Assembly (NCBI GenBank): GCA_040954595.2
Contig: CM082586.2
Span: forward strand, 6,310,509-6,374,508
DNA length: 64,000 nt
Source: Balanoglossus misakiensis
Taxonomy: Eukaryota > Animalia > Hemichordata
Direction of reading: 5' to 3'
The notes below the pieces were generated by a model. The model ran no database searches. It saw nothing but the letters and a program-made list of their open reading frames with translations, and was not told the origin of the DNA. The position numbers were made by a program, and so were the translations under genes. Positions 39,601-51,600 of the stretch are shown here, piece by piece. Within the stretch, counting starts at the first letter, position 1. Each line of letters begins with the position of its first letter.

Positions 39601-42600
39601 ACGTGTCTGACACCGCACTGATTGATGGTGTGATCAGTGCCGATGGTGCCCCTGCAGGAGACGCCAGCAGTGGTGGGGGCAGCGGTGGTAGTATCTGGAT
39701 GTACATGGACTTCTTCCGAGGATATGGAAACATCACGACTAACGGCGGGGACCAGTACGTCGGTGGGACAGGCGGGGGTGGCGCTGGAGGGCGATCTGCG
39801 ATCTACTTCTGGGAGAATATGACGTACTACGGTACGTTCCAGAGTCATGGTGGATATGATGCTGAGTTTACATCACAGGGTGAACCAGGCGGGCCAGGCA
39901 CCATCTTTGCCTACCACATGATCCACAACCACAGGACCCTCATCCTGGAGAACAACGGCCTGGTCAGCAACCAGGTGGAGACCATCAAGAACTACTCTGA
40001 CATTTCCCACGACAGCTTCAAAGCTTGGATTCTGCCCCAGGCCAGCGGGCACTCCTTTGCCGGAGGGGGCCACGACTATCACTTTGAAGAACTTCAGATC
40101 TACGGCAATGCCCACTTGGCGATCCTGACAGAGCCCTACGATCGCGGAGCTTCGGTATTCTTCCTGCACATGATAGGCGACCGCTCGGGTTTCGTTCACG
40201 TCGGGCCGAACCAGGTCATGGACCTGGAACGGGAGTTTATCGACACGCCTTTCAGTTCCTACGTCTACCACACGGGCTATCTCGGCCTGGCGCCCATCAC
40301 CGAGCTGAGCTACGTGTTCGTCCACCTGGAGGGTACCATGGACCACGTCCACGACATGGAAATCATAAACGGCGCCGAGCTGCGGCTCTTCCTGTCCGGC
40401 TCGACCAACAGACTCCCGCGCTTGAACTTCAGGTTCAATGGCACGGTCACGGTCAAGGCCAACAGTGCGATCAACGCATCGAGTCCCTTCGCGCACCCGG
40501 AACAGTACAACCTGGAGACGGGAAATCTGATAATAGAAGGAGGTGGACGAGTTTACAGCAAGAACCTGAGAATCGACTCCGTCAACATGACTGTCGATGA
40601 CGGTGGGCATCTTACTAGTGATGACGGTGGCTATCTGGCTGGGAAAGGACCTGGTAAGTAGAAGCAGAGCTTCAGAATTACCTTCTGACAAGGCACAGTG
40701 CTACTACTCTTGATTCTCAGCTACCAAAATTGCTTGTTTTCACTGGCTACATTTATATTTCCTACATCTTTCACACTGCTCAAAAACCTTGTCTATAACA
40801 GCTTAATATTCTTTTACTCACTCAGCTCCTGGAATTGCCCACAGTCTCGGAAACTCTGGAGCTTCCCATGGTGGCATCGGTGGACGAGGTGGTTGTGATG
40901 GCTTCAAGACATGTCGGCTAAAAAGAAACATGCCATACTGTAATCTATATTATCCTGACTGTTTTGGAAGTGGGGGTGCTGGCTCCAAAGCCGGAATAGG
41001 TGAGTGTGCTTTTTTTGTATTTTTTGTATGTACATCTGGTTTTCTATTTAGGCAAAAATAACTACCGGTACATGTGCTTTTTAGCCAAACCAATTTGCCA
41101 TGACAAAACTCAAAGTATTAGAGTAATGAGAGTTAGGATGGTTCATTTTTGAAACAAAGTGGGCAGTTAGAAAAGTTGCCCTCTATTTTGTGGGATTTGA
41201 ACTAAAAAAATTCCAGAGTAGATGGCAGACGCGCTCAGAATGTGAATGAAGGTACGAGTAGTCGGAAGAAGTGTCCTTTTTGAGGAAAAGCCAGTAAGAA
41301 AAAGCTAATTATTTCGTCAGCTGTTGGGTATCATCTGCATGCCTTATCACAGCAGACTTTTAGATTTATTTGACCAGTAGGGACTGTTCTTATTTTATCT
41401 TCCAGGTGGGGGAATCCTAGATGTCAATGTCGTACATGAACTGAAGGTGGATGGAATCATCTCGTCCAACAGTCTGGATGTGGACACCACTCCTGGCATC
41501 AACGGTGAAAGTGGTGGTAGCGGTGGCAGTGTGACCATAAATGCAGGGGCACTCATGGGTAAATACAGTGTTTCTGTCTGAACCGAAACCCTGTCTAATC
41601 TGGAAACCTGTCTATACCGAACACCTTTTCCCATCCCTATGACATAGAACCACATGTTAAAGGAACCTCTACAAACTGGACACCTCTGCAAACTGAACAA
41701 TTTCTCCAGTCCTTTTTATGTTCGGTTTAGACAGGCTTTATGGTAATTGTTTCTGTTAAGGGGTGATGCCTATGTAAATGTCGCCACATACATGTACAGT
41801 TAGGGTTTCTATTGGTGTCAACACATATGGATATCAAATGAGTTATTGGGGCTCCGTTCTAAACCTCAGCAGAAATTACTGAAAAATCATACATGCTGGT
41901 AAAACATATATATGTGGTACATACATGTACAAGTATAACCAGTGTAATCATTGCTTTCTTCCATAGGTGGTCACACTGGTAAGATCCAAGCCCTGGGAGG
42001 CACTGGAGACATCAGCATTGGCGGCAGTGGCTCTGGTGGTCGCATAGCCGCGTACTACAGCAACAACGTCACCCAGGGTTTCTTTAACGGCAACTTCGAC
42101 ACCTACGGCGGGCGGGTCTGCTGTACAGCTGAGGCCGGGGCATCTGGAACTGTCTTCCTGAAACATGTCGGTGACGACTACACCAAGCTTCTGGTGGACA
42201 ACAATGGCAGAAGCGCGGTGTGGGACGAGATCGAAAACATAGGAGAGAGGCTGGACCTTACAGGGGGCTCGTACTCAAGTTCAACAACATACACAGCTGC
42301 CAATGGCATAACTGTTACTTCGAGCCACGCTCCAGATTCCTCAAAATCCATGGCAACTCTTTTTGACCAAACAATGAACTTGGTCACTGGACAGTACTTT
42401 TTGACAAGACCACACTATACAACACAAACAGTCACATTGACCTTTGACCTGAAATCAGCCTATTTCATCACTACAATGCGCGTGTATCCATTATGTCATT
42501 ATAAAACAGAATTCAAGGTAAGCATCCTTATGTTTCAGTAATCTGTTATTGCATATTTACCAATGTCTAATAATATAATCTCAACGTGTATTACATCAGT

Positions 42601-45600
42601 TTCTTTAACAAAAAATGCTCATGAAGAAATGAAATATATATTTTAATACATGAAGATAGAACACAACACTATGTAACACAAACAACCTGATTACATCTGA
42701 ACGATTGACTTAGATAAAATTGAAAACATAAATTATGGTTAATCATGTATGTAAGAAAAGATAAACTGCCCCAGAGCTGCAGTGTCACTGGCGCTATATT
42801 TTTCTTCCCATAGATTGATGGTTATCTCTCAGGGAGCATGTTTCCCGTGACGTCCGACTATGTGGAGTTGAGTACATCTTGCGCCCAGGGTTCTTTCTTG
42901 GACCTTCCCATGAGAAGGCAAGCGGACAGCTTCAAGTTCTACTTACATGGACTTCACACTGAGACTGGTATCTACACTTGCTACTGCCGCTATTTCGCAA
43001 TGTCGGAAATTGAAATTTTCACGGAGGAAGTGGAGGTCCATGACAGGTAGGTCAGAGGTGATGTCTGCAGTCATTACAACTCAAACCACACAAATCTTGT
43101 AGTACCACAGTCTGTGACGAGACTTTTCTCAGCATATTCTCTAATCCATTCAAAATCTGCCTCAAATAATCTTTCTCATTTTACTAATGATATTATGATT
43201 TATTTGATGATGTTACAATGTTTCATTGTTAAGTTTGTGTAATGACTTGCGATAAAGTTCACTACCAGATACATGTAAGTGTATAATATGTTTGGCTTGA
43301 AAAAAGGCCATTGTATGACACTACTTCATTGGTCTGTCATTTCTACTTAGCCAGAGTATACTGGTATGTATGCAGGTTCAACGGCGATAGGGTTGTACCA
43401 TTGTAGGAATCAGAAGGATAAGATTGAACATTTCGTCATATCAAACTTCTCCCCAGGTACAAATATCGGGAGTTAGATTCTGCTCGAACGTGGATTGAAC
43501 CGGCAAGTGGTACCAACAGCTACTGGTTCGATGAAACCCACATCACCGGGAATGCACAGGTCGCTGTCATGGCGATGAACTCACTGACCTCACCAGTGGA
43601 TGTGTACATGGGTCATCTCCACGGAGACATGACAGGTATGGTGGTTTTGTAGAGTTCAGTCCCTCTGTTTGTATATCAATGCAGGTTGCAATGCGTGCTG
43701 TTTTGCCAACGAGTTCATAGTGATCATGGTTGTAATTTTGGATGCAGACAGATCTGTTTTTGTTCTGCAGTCTGTTTTAATAACAAGAGGAGTGCTGCAT
43801 TATATTATTATGGCAAAATATTGTTCCCATTCACTTACCAAATATCAATGCAATTCGAATTTTTCAAGAAAAACTGGTAAAATCACTCAGAGAATCACTG
43901 AAAAAAATTTCAATTAATATCAATTGATGAGTTTAGACATAAGGTCCAAATAAAAAAATCACTCATAATAGAAAAACATGCACACAGAAAACACAATACA
44001 CAAGAATTGGCCAAAGGTGACCACATGCTATTTTTCTTTATCCAATGACAGGTCATGTCCATATCGGGTATGCACAGAATTTCACTGTCGATGTTGCGGA
44101 GGCTGACGTTCCTATCAACATCCGTGTCTATGAAGAGGGGCAACTAGATTACCACAATAGGGCGTTCTTCAAGAATGTCAAACTGAGATCATCAGGAAGG
44201 GTAGGTTGTACTGGTCTAAGTCAGAGACATAAAGCGTCTGAAAATCATATGCATATAAGTACCAACATTTAAAGCTCATGCAGAAAATCTTACTTAATGA
44301 GTTTAATAAAAAATATTTAATATTTCATACTTTGCATATAAAAATGTGAAATGTTCTTGAAATGTGCCAAACTGTAATGTGAAGTGAATCTTGATGGAAA
44401 GATATCTTTCCCAAAGTTGGAAGGACACTCCAAGGTAGGATTTTATGACATCTGTTATCTTTGATCACTTGAAGGTACTTGGCATTGAAGACTTGTATGT
44501 CTTTGATGGCGGTTATGTGTCCTTTGACACCAACTCAAGCCTCGGTAATCACAGCAACATTCGAGAACTGGAGCTGCAGTCATTGCATGTGCAAGACAGG
44601 GGGACATTTGAACTCATCTCTTACACCAAACACAGCGATATGTACATCAAACTGGTCAATCTCACAGTAAGTCTTAGCATTTGCTTTTTACTTCTCATTA
44701 GTGTAGAAATTATGATCATCCTAATAATAATAATAATAATGCTCAAATCAGTGAACTTTGATGTTTAACCTGCAACTGTACCATTGCAATAATTATGATA
44801 TTTTATCGCTTCCAGGTATATGGTGGTGGCCATCTGAAGTCCAATGATCGATTTGAAGTCACTGCTGACCACTTAGTGGCCGTCTACTCTGGTGGTCAGA
44901 TCAATTTGGACAATGGTGGATATCAGATCCCAGAAGACAAAGGACCTGGAGGAGGATTTGGTATGTAAAAATTCTCTAGTATCCACTGTTCACTATCTGC
45001 GGTGGAAAATCCACTGGGCCAAGATCAAGGGCTTGGTGCCTTTTTGTTTTGGTTATGAGTCTGTGTATGCAACATTTTTAGTTTTTACATATTTTTTCCA
45101 CAGTTTATACATACAGTATAGGAAACTAGAAAAATCCTTATGAAAACACTGAGTGAAAGCTGAGACTTTGATGTCCAGAGTTTAATATTTCTTTTGGCAT
45201 TTTTAATTTCCAGGAAGTACCAATGGAGGCAGTGGTGGTGGACATGGTGGAAGTGGTGGCCGTGGCAACGGCAACCATCTTGTCGGACTTGCCTATGGCT
45301 CCATATATGAACCCATTGACTATGGATGTGTGGGTGGATATGGAAGTCAATATGGTAATAATGAGTACTATGCAAATGGTTTGAAGGCTTCCAAAGCAGT
45401 TTCTTAGTGGTTGGACTCAACTTCTACTTTCAAGCAATTATATTATCAAGTGCCTGAATTTTTTTATATGAGTGGCATCTGTAAATTGTATACTTATTAC
45501 AGAGTACATAAAAATAGATTTTTTAAATGATCTATTTTAGAAAATGAATTAAATGCAAGAAGTATCAAATTTTATGTTTTTTGTGTGTATAATTTATTTT

Positions 45601-48600
45601 GTAATTTATAAATGTATTTGGTGAATCATTTATTTGGTTATTGAGAATCAAGGAAGAAAATATGAATGGGATTGTGAGAAGTATTATTTCATTTTTCATA
45701 CCTTCAACTAAAATGTTGTGCGTGCTTTTCAGGTGAGTTATATTTTGGTGATGAGCCGTATGGTAACAGAGTCCTCAGGAGAGGTCTTGGAGGAGCTGGA
45801 GGAGGGGCCCTGAAGATCTCAACACGGCACATGTTGCTGGATGGAACCATCACAGCCAATGGAGAAACACCAAGTAGCACACATGCACAGAAGTCAGGTT
45901 TGTTGAATTACCACATTTACTGTTTTCTTTACACTTTACAGATAAAAATATGATCAGACTCATAAGAAGTACAAATTTTATGTCAGAAAGTCTTAATCAC
46001 AATTAATCTTGGCTACTGACACATTGATCAAGCTGGCTTCATGCAGTTCACAGCTAAAATACCATTTCAGCACCAAGATGTTACAATAGTACAGTGGATC
46101 CTTGCTTTTACAACCATGATGGAGACACAGAAAATATTCGTTTATACATGGAAGCACTCGTTACACTGAAATCACTCATTTGCAAATTTGTGTGGTATCA
46201 CTTGCATCAGGCCACGTTTCTTGGAAAGTGCAGTACTTTTAAAATCAAACATCCAAAGCACTTCAAATTTCATCCAGAGTGCTTTATTGTCAGTCCGTAA
46301 TCATGATCACTCCTGACTTGCATTTGTGTAATTTTTTTGTCCAGGTGGTGGTGCAGGCGGCAGTCTGTGGATTGACTGTGAAGAGTTTGACGGCTACGGA
46401 AGCATCTCGGTGAATGCCGGTCAAAGTCATGGTGATGCCGGTGGCGGTGCCGGTGGAAGAGTGGCTGTCTACTACCAGGATATGAAGAATTTCAACGGGA
46501 CAATCACAGCTTTTGGAGGTAAAAGGCTAACTTTCTGAAAGTGCATCAAATGTTGACAATCCCACGCTTAGATATTTCCCTACATGTGAAATATGATTGC
46601 AAGTCACTCAATAAGATTTACGTTTATGTATGATTTGGTGAATACACACTAATGCATCATAGATCTATGATTTGTTACAATACAGTGATTGCCTCAATGG
46701 TTATTGGTTCAGAAGTTTTAGTTAGCTTAAAGGTATACGGTCACCTATGGAAATTTAGCTACAGTTACTATGGTGAACTTGACATCTAGCCAATCACGGA
46801 TTTTCAGTGGGTGGCACACGTGAAAAAAAGAGCGCCACCATATGTTCTTTAGAACCCTCAAATACGCCATTTCAGCCATATATGGGCGTATGTAAATTTG
46901 AGGTGACTGTATACCTTTAATACTGTAATGAATGTATGTGGTTAAAGATTTCTTTTTATATAATGATTGTAATTGATAGGTTACAGCTCGTATGAAGTGG
47001 GTGGTGCCGGTACAGTATACCTGGAGAAGCGACTTCTCCACAGTGGTGAGGTCGTCCACAAATCCCTGAAGGTGAATAACAACGGCGTGGGATATCCTCA
47101 CGCTGCCACGTACAGCCACGGCGACCTGCGAAACCTGCTGGACGGCGACTACGACGACATCAGTCGTTCCGGCGGCATCACGTGGCTCTGGCACCACTCG
47201 GACGAATACATCTTCGACGAAGTCCACTTCCACGGGAAGGCGCACGTGGCCATTCTCACCAACACGAGCACCGAGGACGTCTTGGTGCTGGGCGGCGAAA
47301 TGTACGGCGATCGCACCGCGGTCATGCATGTCGGCCAGCGGCAGACGTTTGGCTTTGATTGGGTGGATATCTACATACCGGTTAACACCCAAGTGTACAG
47401 GTTGGTGCTACAATCACATTCAGCATTATATGCAGAATTGTTTGCACTTTATGTTTTTGTAAAACGCAAAATTATAATTTAAATATGAATCCTATGGTGG
47501 CTACCATTTCACTTGTCCTAAACAAAACAAAAGACCAATATTCATGACTCAAATATGAATCCTATGGGGCTACCATTTCACTTGTCCTTAACAAAACAAA
47601 AGACCAATATTCATGACTCATAAATTTGCATATATTTTTTTCAACACCTGTATGCTCAATAAAGTGCATGTGTTCATTTTGGGCCACTTCAATTCAGGAG
47701 CCACTGTAGGCCTGTGCACAGTATTTCCTTCAGCTACTAATTGAAATATAAAATGACCAGTTTAATTGAACTCAAGTGCCTTGAAGTGACTCTTACATTG
47801 TCATACATCAGTGTGTTTGTACACCCTGAACACGTATTGCGCTCAAGGGTTAATAGATATTATGAATGATCTGTTGAATATCTAGGTATGGTCATTTAGA
47901 ACTCCCAAGACGAGCTGTGATGCGAGATGTATGGATGGAAGTTAACGGCACCCTCGCTGACATAGAAGATCTCACAGTTGAAAGCGGAGGACTCCTGTAC
48001 TTCTGGTCGTACGGCAGCACGCGCGATCAGATCGACGGCGTCTACCAGTTCGTCAATCTGACCCTCCGAGCCGACGGCCAATTTGAACTGCTGACCGTGG
48101 CCAATTACAACAGGATGACTTTGAACTTGACCTTGCTTGATGTCAAAGCTGGAGGGTACATGAGGACCAATGATATGTTGCTGCAAGCTGTGAATGTGAC
48201 GATAGATGTAGCAGGTGAAGATTATTAATTTTCATCTTCGACTTTCATGGGGTTGGGTACACCACAATATAAACAAGTCAATGTTGTCCTTGCAACATAA
48301 ACCGCAGGTTATGGTCACGTCAGTTCACTGTAAGCATTACTGTGTTGCCAGTTAATTAGTCCCAGGGGAAAAAAGTCGGGGGAGGGGGGCTAATATATTG
48401 GTCTCTGTCTGTCCGTCTGTTCATTCATTCATCTATTCGTCCCCAGCAATTATACTCGGACATGCTTAGTAGACATTGACATCTTACACACATCGGTGTC
48501 TTAACCTAGTTTGCCTCTGATTCAGGTGATGTACATGCCGATTGGTCAGGCCATCCTGCCAGCTCCGGTCCAGGCGCTGGACTTGACAAGACTGGCGATA

Positions 48601-51600
48601 CTCGTGGTGGCACCGGAGCTGGTCACGGGGGGAGAGGGGGCCGCTCGGACAATGGACTGTACTCATCACTTGCCTATGATTCCATGTACACACCCTCTCA
48701 ACCGGGAAGTGGTGGCGGTAACGTCAATGGGAACTACGGTGGCAGAGGTGGAGGTAAAAATGAAGTTTCATATCTAGAACCAGTAGAACACTGTTTGTCT
48801 ACTAAATCATCTTTATACAATTACACATAGTTGTGTATTGTCCACTATTGATATGTCTTAATACAAAATTAATTTTTATTCACAAATTCTTTTACTATTT
48901 CCCCCTTGAAAGGCATCATGCATCTTGAAGTGCGTGACACACTGCGTGTTGAGGGCCGTCTCCATGCCAACGGTGAGGATGCGAGGTATGACAATGATGG
49001 TAGTGGAGGTGGCGGTGCTGGTGGCAGTATTATGGTGCACACTGGTCATCTGGATGGAAGTGGTACAATTGAGGTCATAGGAGGTCAAGGTCAGTCAGTC
49101 TCTTAGGTGCTGCCAGTTTTTCTGGACAGTGTCAACTAGTGTGCCCTCTAAGCCCATATGACATGCCACTGACTCAACAAACTCACTGGTTTGTCAAGAA
49201 AATTATTCAAAATATATATAAAGGTGTAGGGCTGACTCAGAGAAATTTTTAGAAATCCTCAAATTGACTCATAATGTTTGTTAGAGGGCACACTGGTGAC
49301 AGCAATTTAAGTTCACTTTCTGCATTTTTATATATATCATAAAATTGAAATGCACTGTGACGATATTGCCACTCATTGGCCAAAAAAGAAATTATCTCAG
49401 TCAGGTAGTCAATTTCGAGAGCTTACATAATGCCAATTTCCAAAAGTCACTTGCATAGTGTCAGTTTCTAGAAGTTATTCACAAAATATTGTCAATTGAA
49501 TATGCATGATTTCAACCGTTGCTAAAGTTATTGTTCTGTTTGCTGCAGCCTATCTTGGAGGTGGTGGAAGTGGTGGACGTATAGCTGTCTACACCAACTG
49601 GTATGACTTCATCGGTGAATTACAAGCCTATGGCGGTACCACATCCCACATGGACCTATGGGAAGGCTTCGGGGCCTCGGGTACAGTGTACGTGCAAGAC
49701 AGCTCCGACGAAGAGAGTCCGGTTCGCAAGCTGCAACTGAATAACAATCAAGAGATCACTGATCCGTCGCGAGTCGGAGAGCTGCACAAAGTGCGCTGTG
49801 CTGGAAACGCTGTCGGCTGGTCCAGCACAACCTTCACGACATACGCCGGGGTAGTCGTCAGCACCACAGGAGGTATTTGCTGTACTTCATATAACCACTA
49901 CGTCCTGCGGAACATCGGCTCAGGATCTGGGAAGGATGGCAGTTATTACCTGACTTCAGCATCAAATCCCACCATCACATATGAATTCCCATTTACTCTC
50001 TATGTCGACCATATACGTATGTATCCACAGTGCAGGTATGTGAAGAAAGTCATCTTTCAATTTTATATAGAAGCTGGTCGTAATAGTCTATGATACCTTT
50101 AAAGGTGTATAGTGCAGTGAAAGTACACAACATAATAATTATCACCGCCTATTGTTATTTTCTTAGAAAGATTGAAATATTTAGAGAATAATGAACGCCC
50201 CAAAGACCCATAAATGGACGAAAGCACACATTGTGCGTCATAATATACGAGGCGAAGCCGAGTATATTATGGAGCACAATGTGTGCTTGAGTCCATTATG
50301 GGTCTTTGGGGCGTTCATTATTCTCATTATTTTATAGTTTTGTCAATGCCAGTGAATTTGCAGACTTCAAAAAGTATAGGTGCAAACAATTCAGACTCGG
50401 ACACGGAGATCGAGAACAGAGCAATGGCGTACGCGTAAACAAAAGGTCACCTGATCGTGGTGTGTCAGTGTACTGTACATTTCTAGTATCATATTCAAAC
50501 ATCAGGAAATAAATAATGAAGGTTTATTTACGCATGTGAAAATTCATTTAAGGGTTCTGCTGAAATATATCTGAAAAAGTTTCGATTTTTGTGTAATCTT
50601 GGGGAGGACTCGGGGAATATTTGAATTCGTTTGCGTTCTCAGGAAAGTTCACGTATACGGGCGCTCGGAAGGTTGCAAAACATAAACAAACTCGCCCTCG
50701 ATCGACCCTCCGTACCGCGTAGACAACATGACAGTGACACTTGCGGCATATTTTGTTTACGTATAGCTTCGTTGACAGGACTGCTTGGTACATGGTACAC
50801 GGTATGTATGGTGAACGAATGTCAAATCCAGCATCATGGAGAGGTTTGCTTTACGTGCGTGAGCGAGCCATGTTGACTGCGCGTGATTCAAGAGCAGACA
50901 TGTACCAACGCAGTAGGAAAAAAAAATAAACAAATCGCCAGTCGAGGACAGATTTGGAAATTAATAAATATCGCCGTATTTATTCTGTGTACGTTTGCAT
51001 TTCTTTTTTAGCCCTTAAAATGTTCGCATTGTTTGAAATCCTCCGTTATTCAGTCGGAAATTGTACACGTCCACTGGTTCTTGGGCGCGTCGCGCGTCCA
51101 TCGAATAACACGATACATTATCAGTAATAATGTATAGCTATGACGTCACAAAATTCACTGGTATTGATAAAGCTATAATATAATGTGAGATAAATTGATA
51201 GAAATTTTTCAATTCAGAGCAAGCTTCACCAAAAAGCTGTAAAAAGTTTAGGCCATAATTGCATTGAATTTGGGTTCCCTGTTGATATCTGCCATAGCAG
51301 AGATGCGCGTGCATAGTTTGCTAAGAATGGTTGTCAAGCATATGAGGCATTTTTATTTTTACAGCTATGCATCAGATTATGAAGTTTGGAGTGAGCTTGG
51401 AGGTGTTCGTGTCAACCACACCAATGGATACGTAGACACATCTGGATGCACTGTACAACAAGATAGCGAAGATATCTATGGCAGAGTTGAAGTTGGGAAA
51501 AACGCAGACAAGGTAAATTTTAGAGTGGCTTTATCACATGGTTTTGAGCAGCCCTTGAGTGAATTGAAGCAAGTACTAAACTTCTTCTTATCAAACTGAA

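Noticed and set aside
37035-40661. The 1208 aa ORF as a stand-alone or bacterial/contaminant gene
   Set aside because: It is bounded by canonical splice sites (36895, 40653), in phase with neighbouring exons, and has no ATG start.
36879-40691. Long minus-strand ORFs (150-272 aa) opposite exon 30, and similar ones opposite other exons
   Set aside because: Antisense shadows of GC-rich, Gly/Val/Asp-rich coding sequence; they coincide with exons and show no protein-like motifs.
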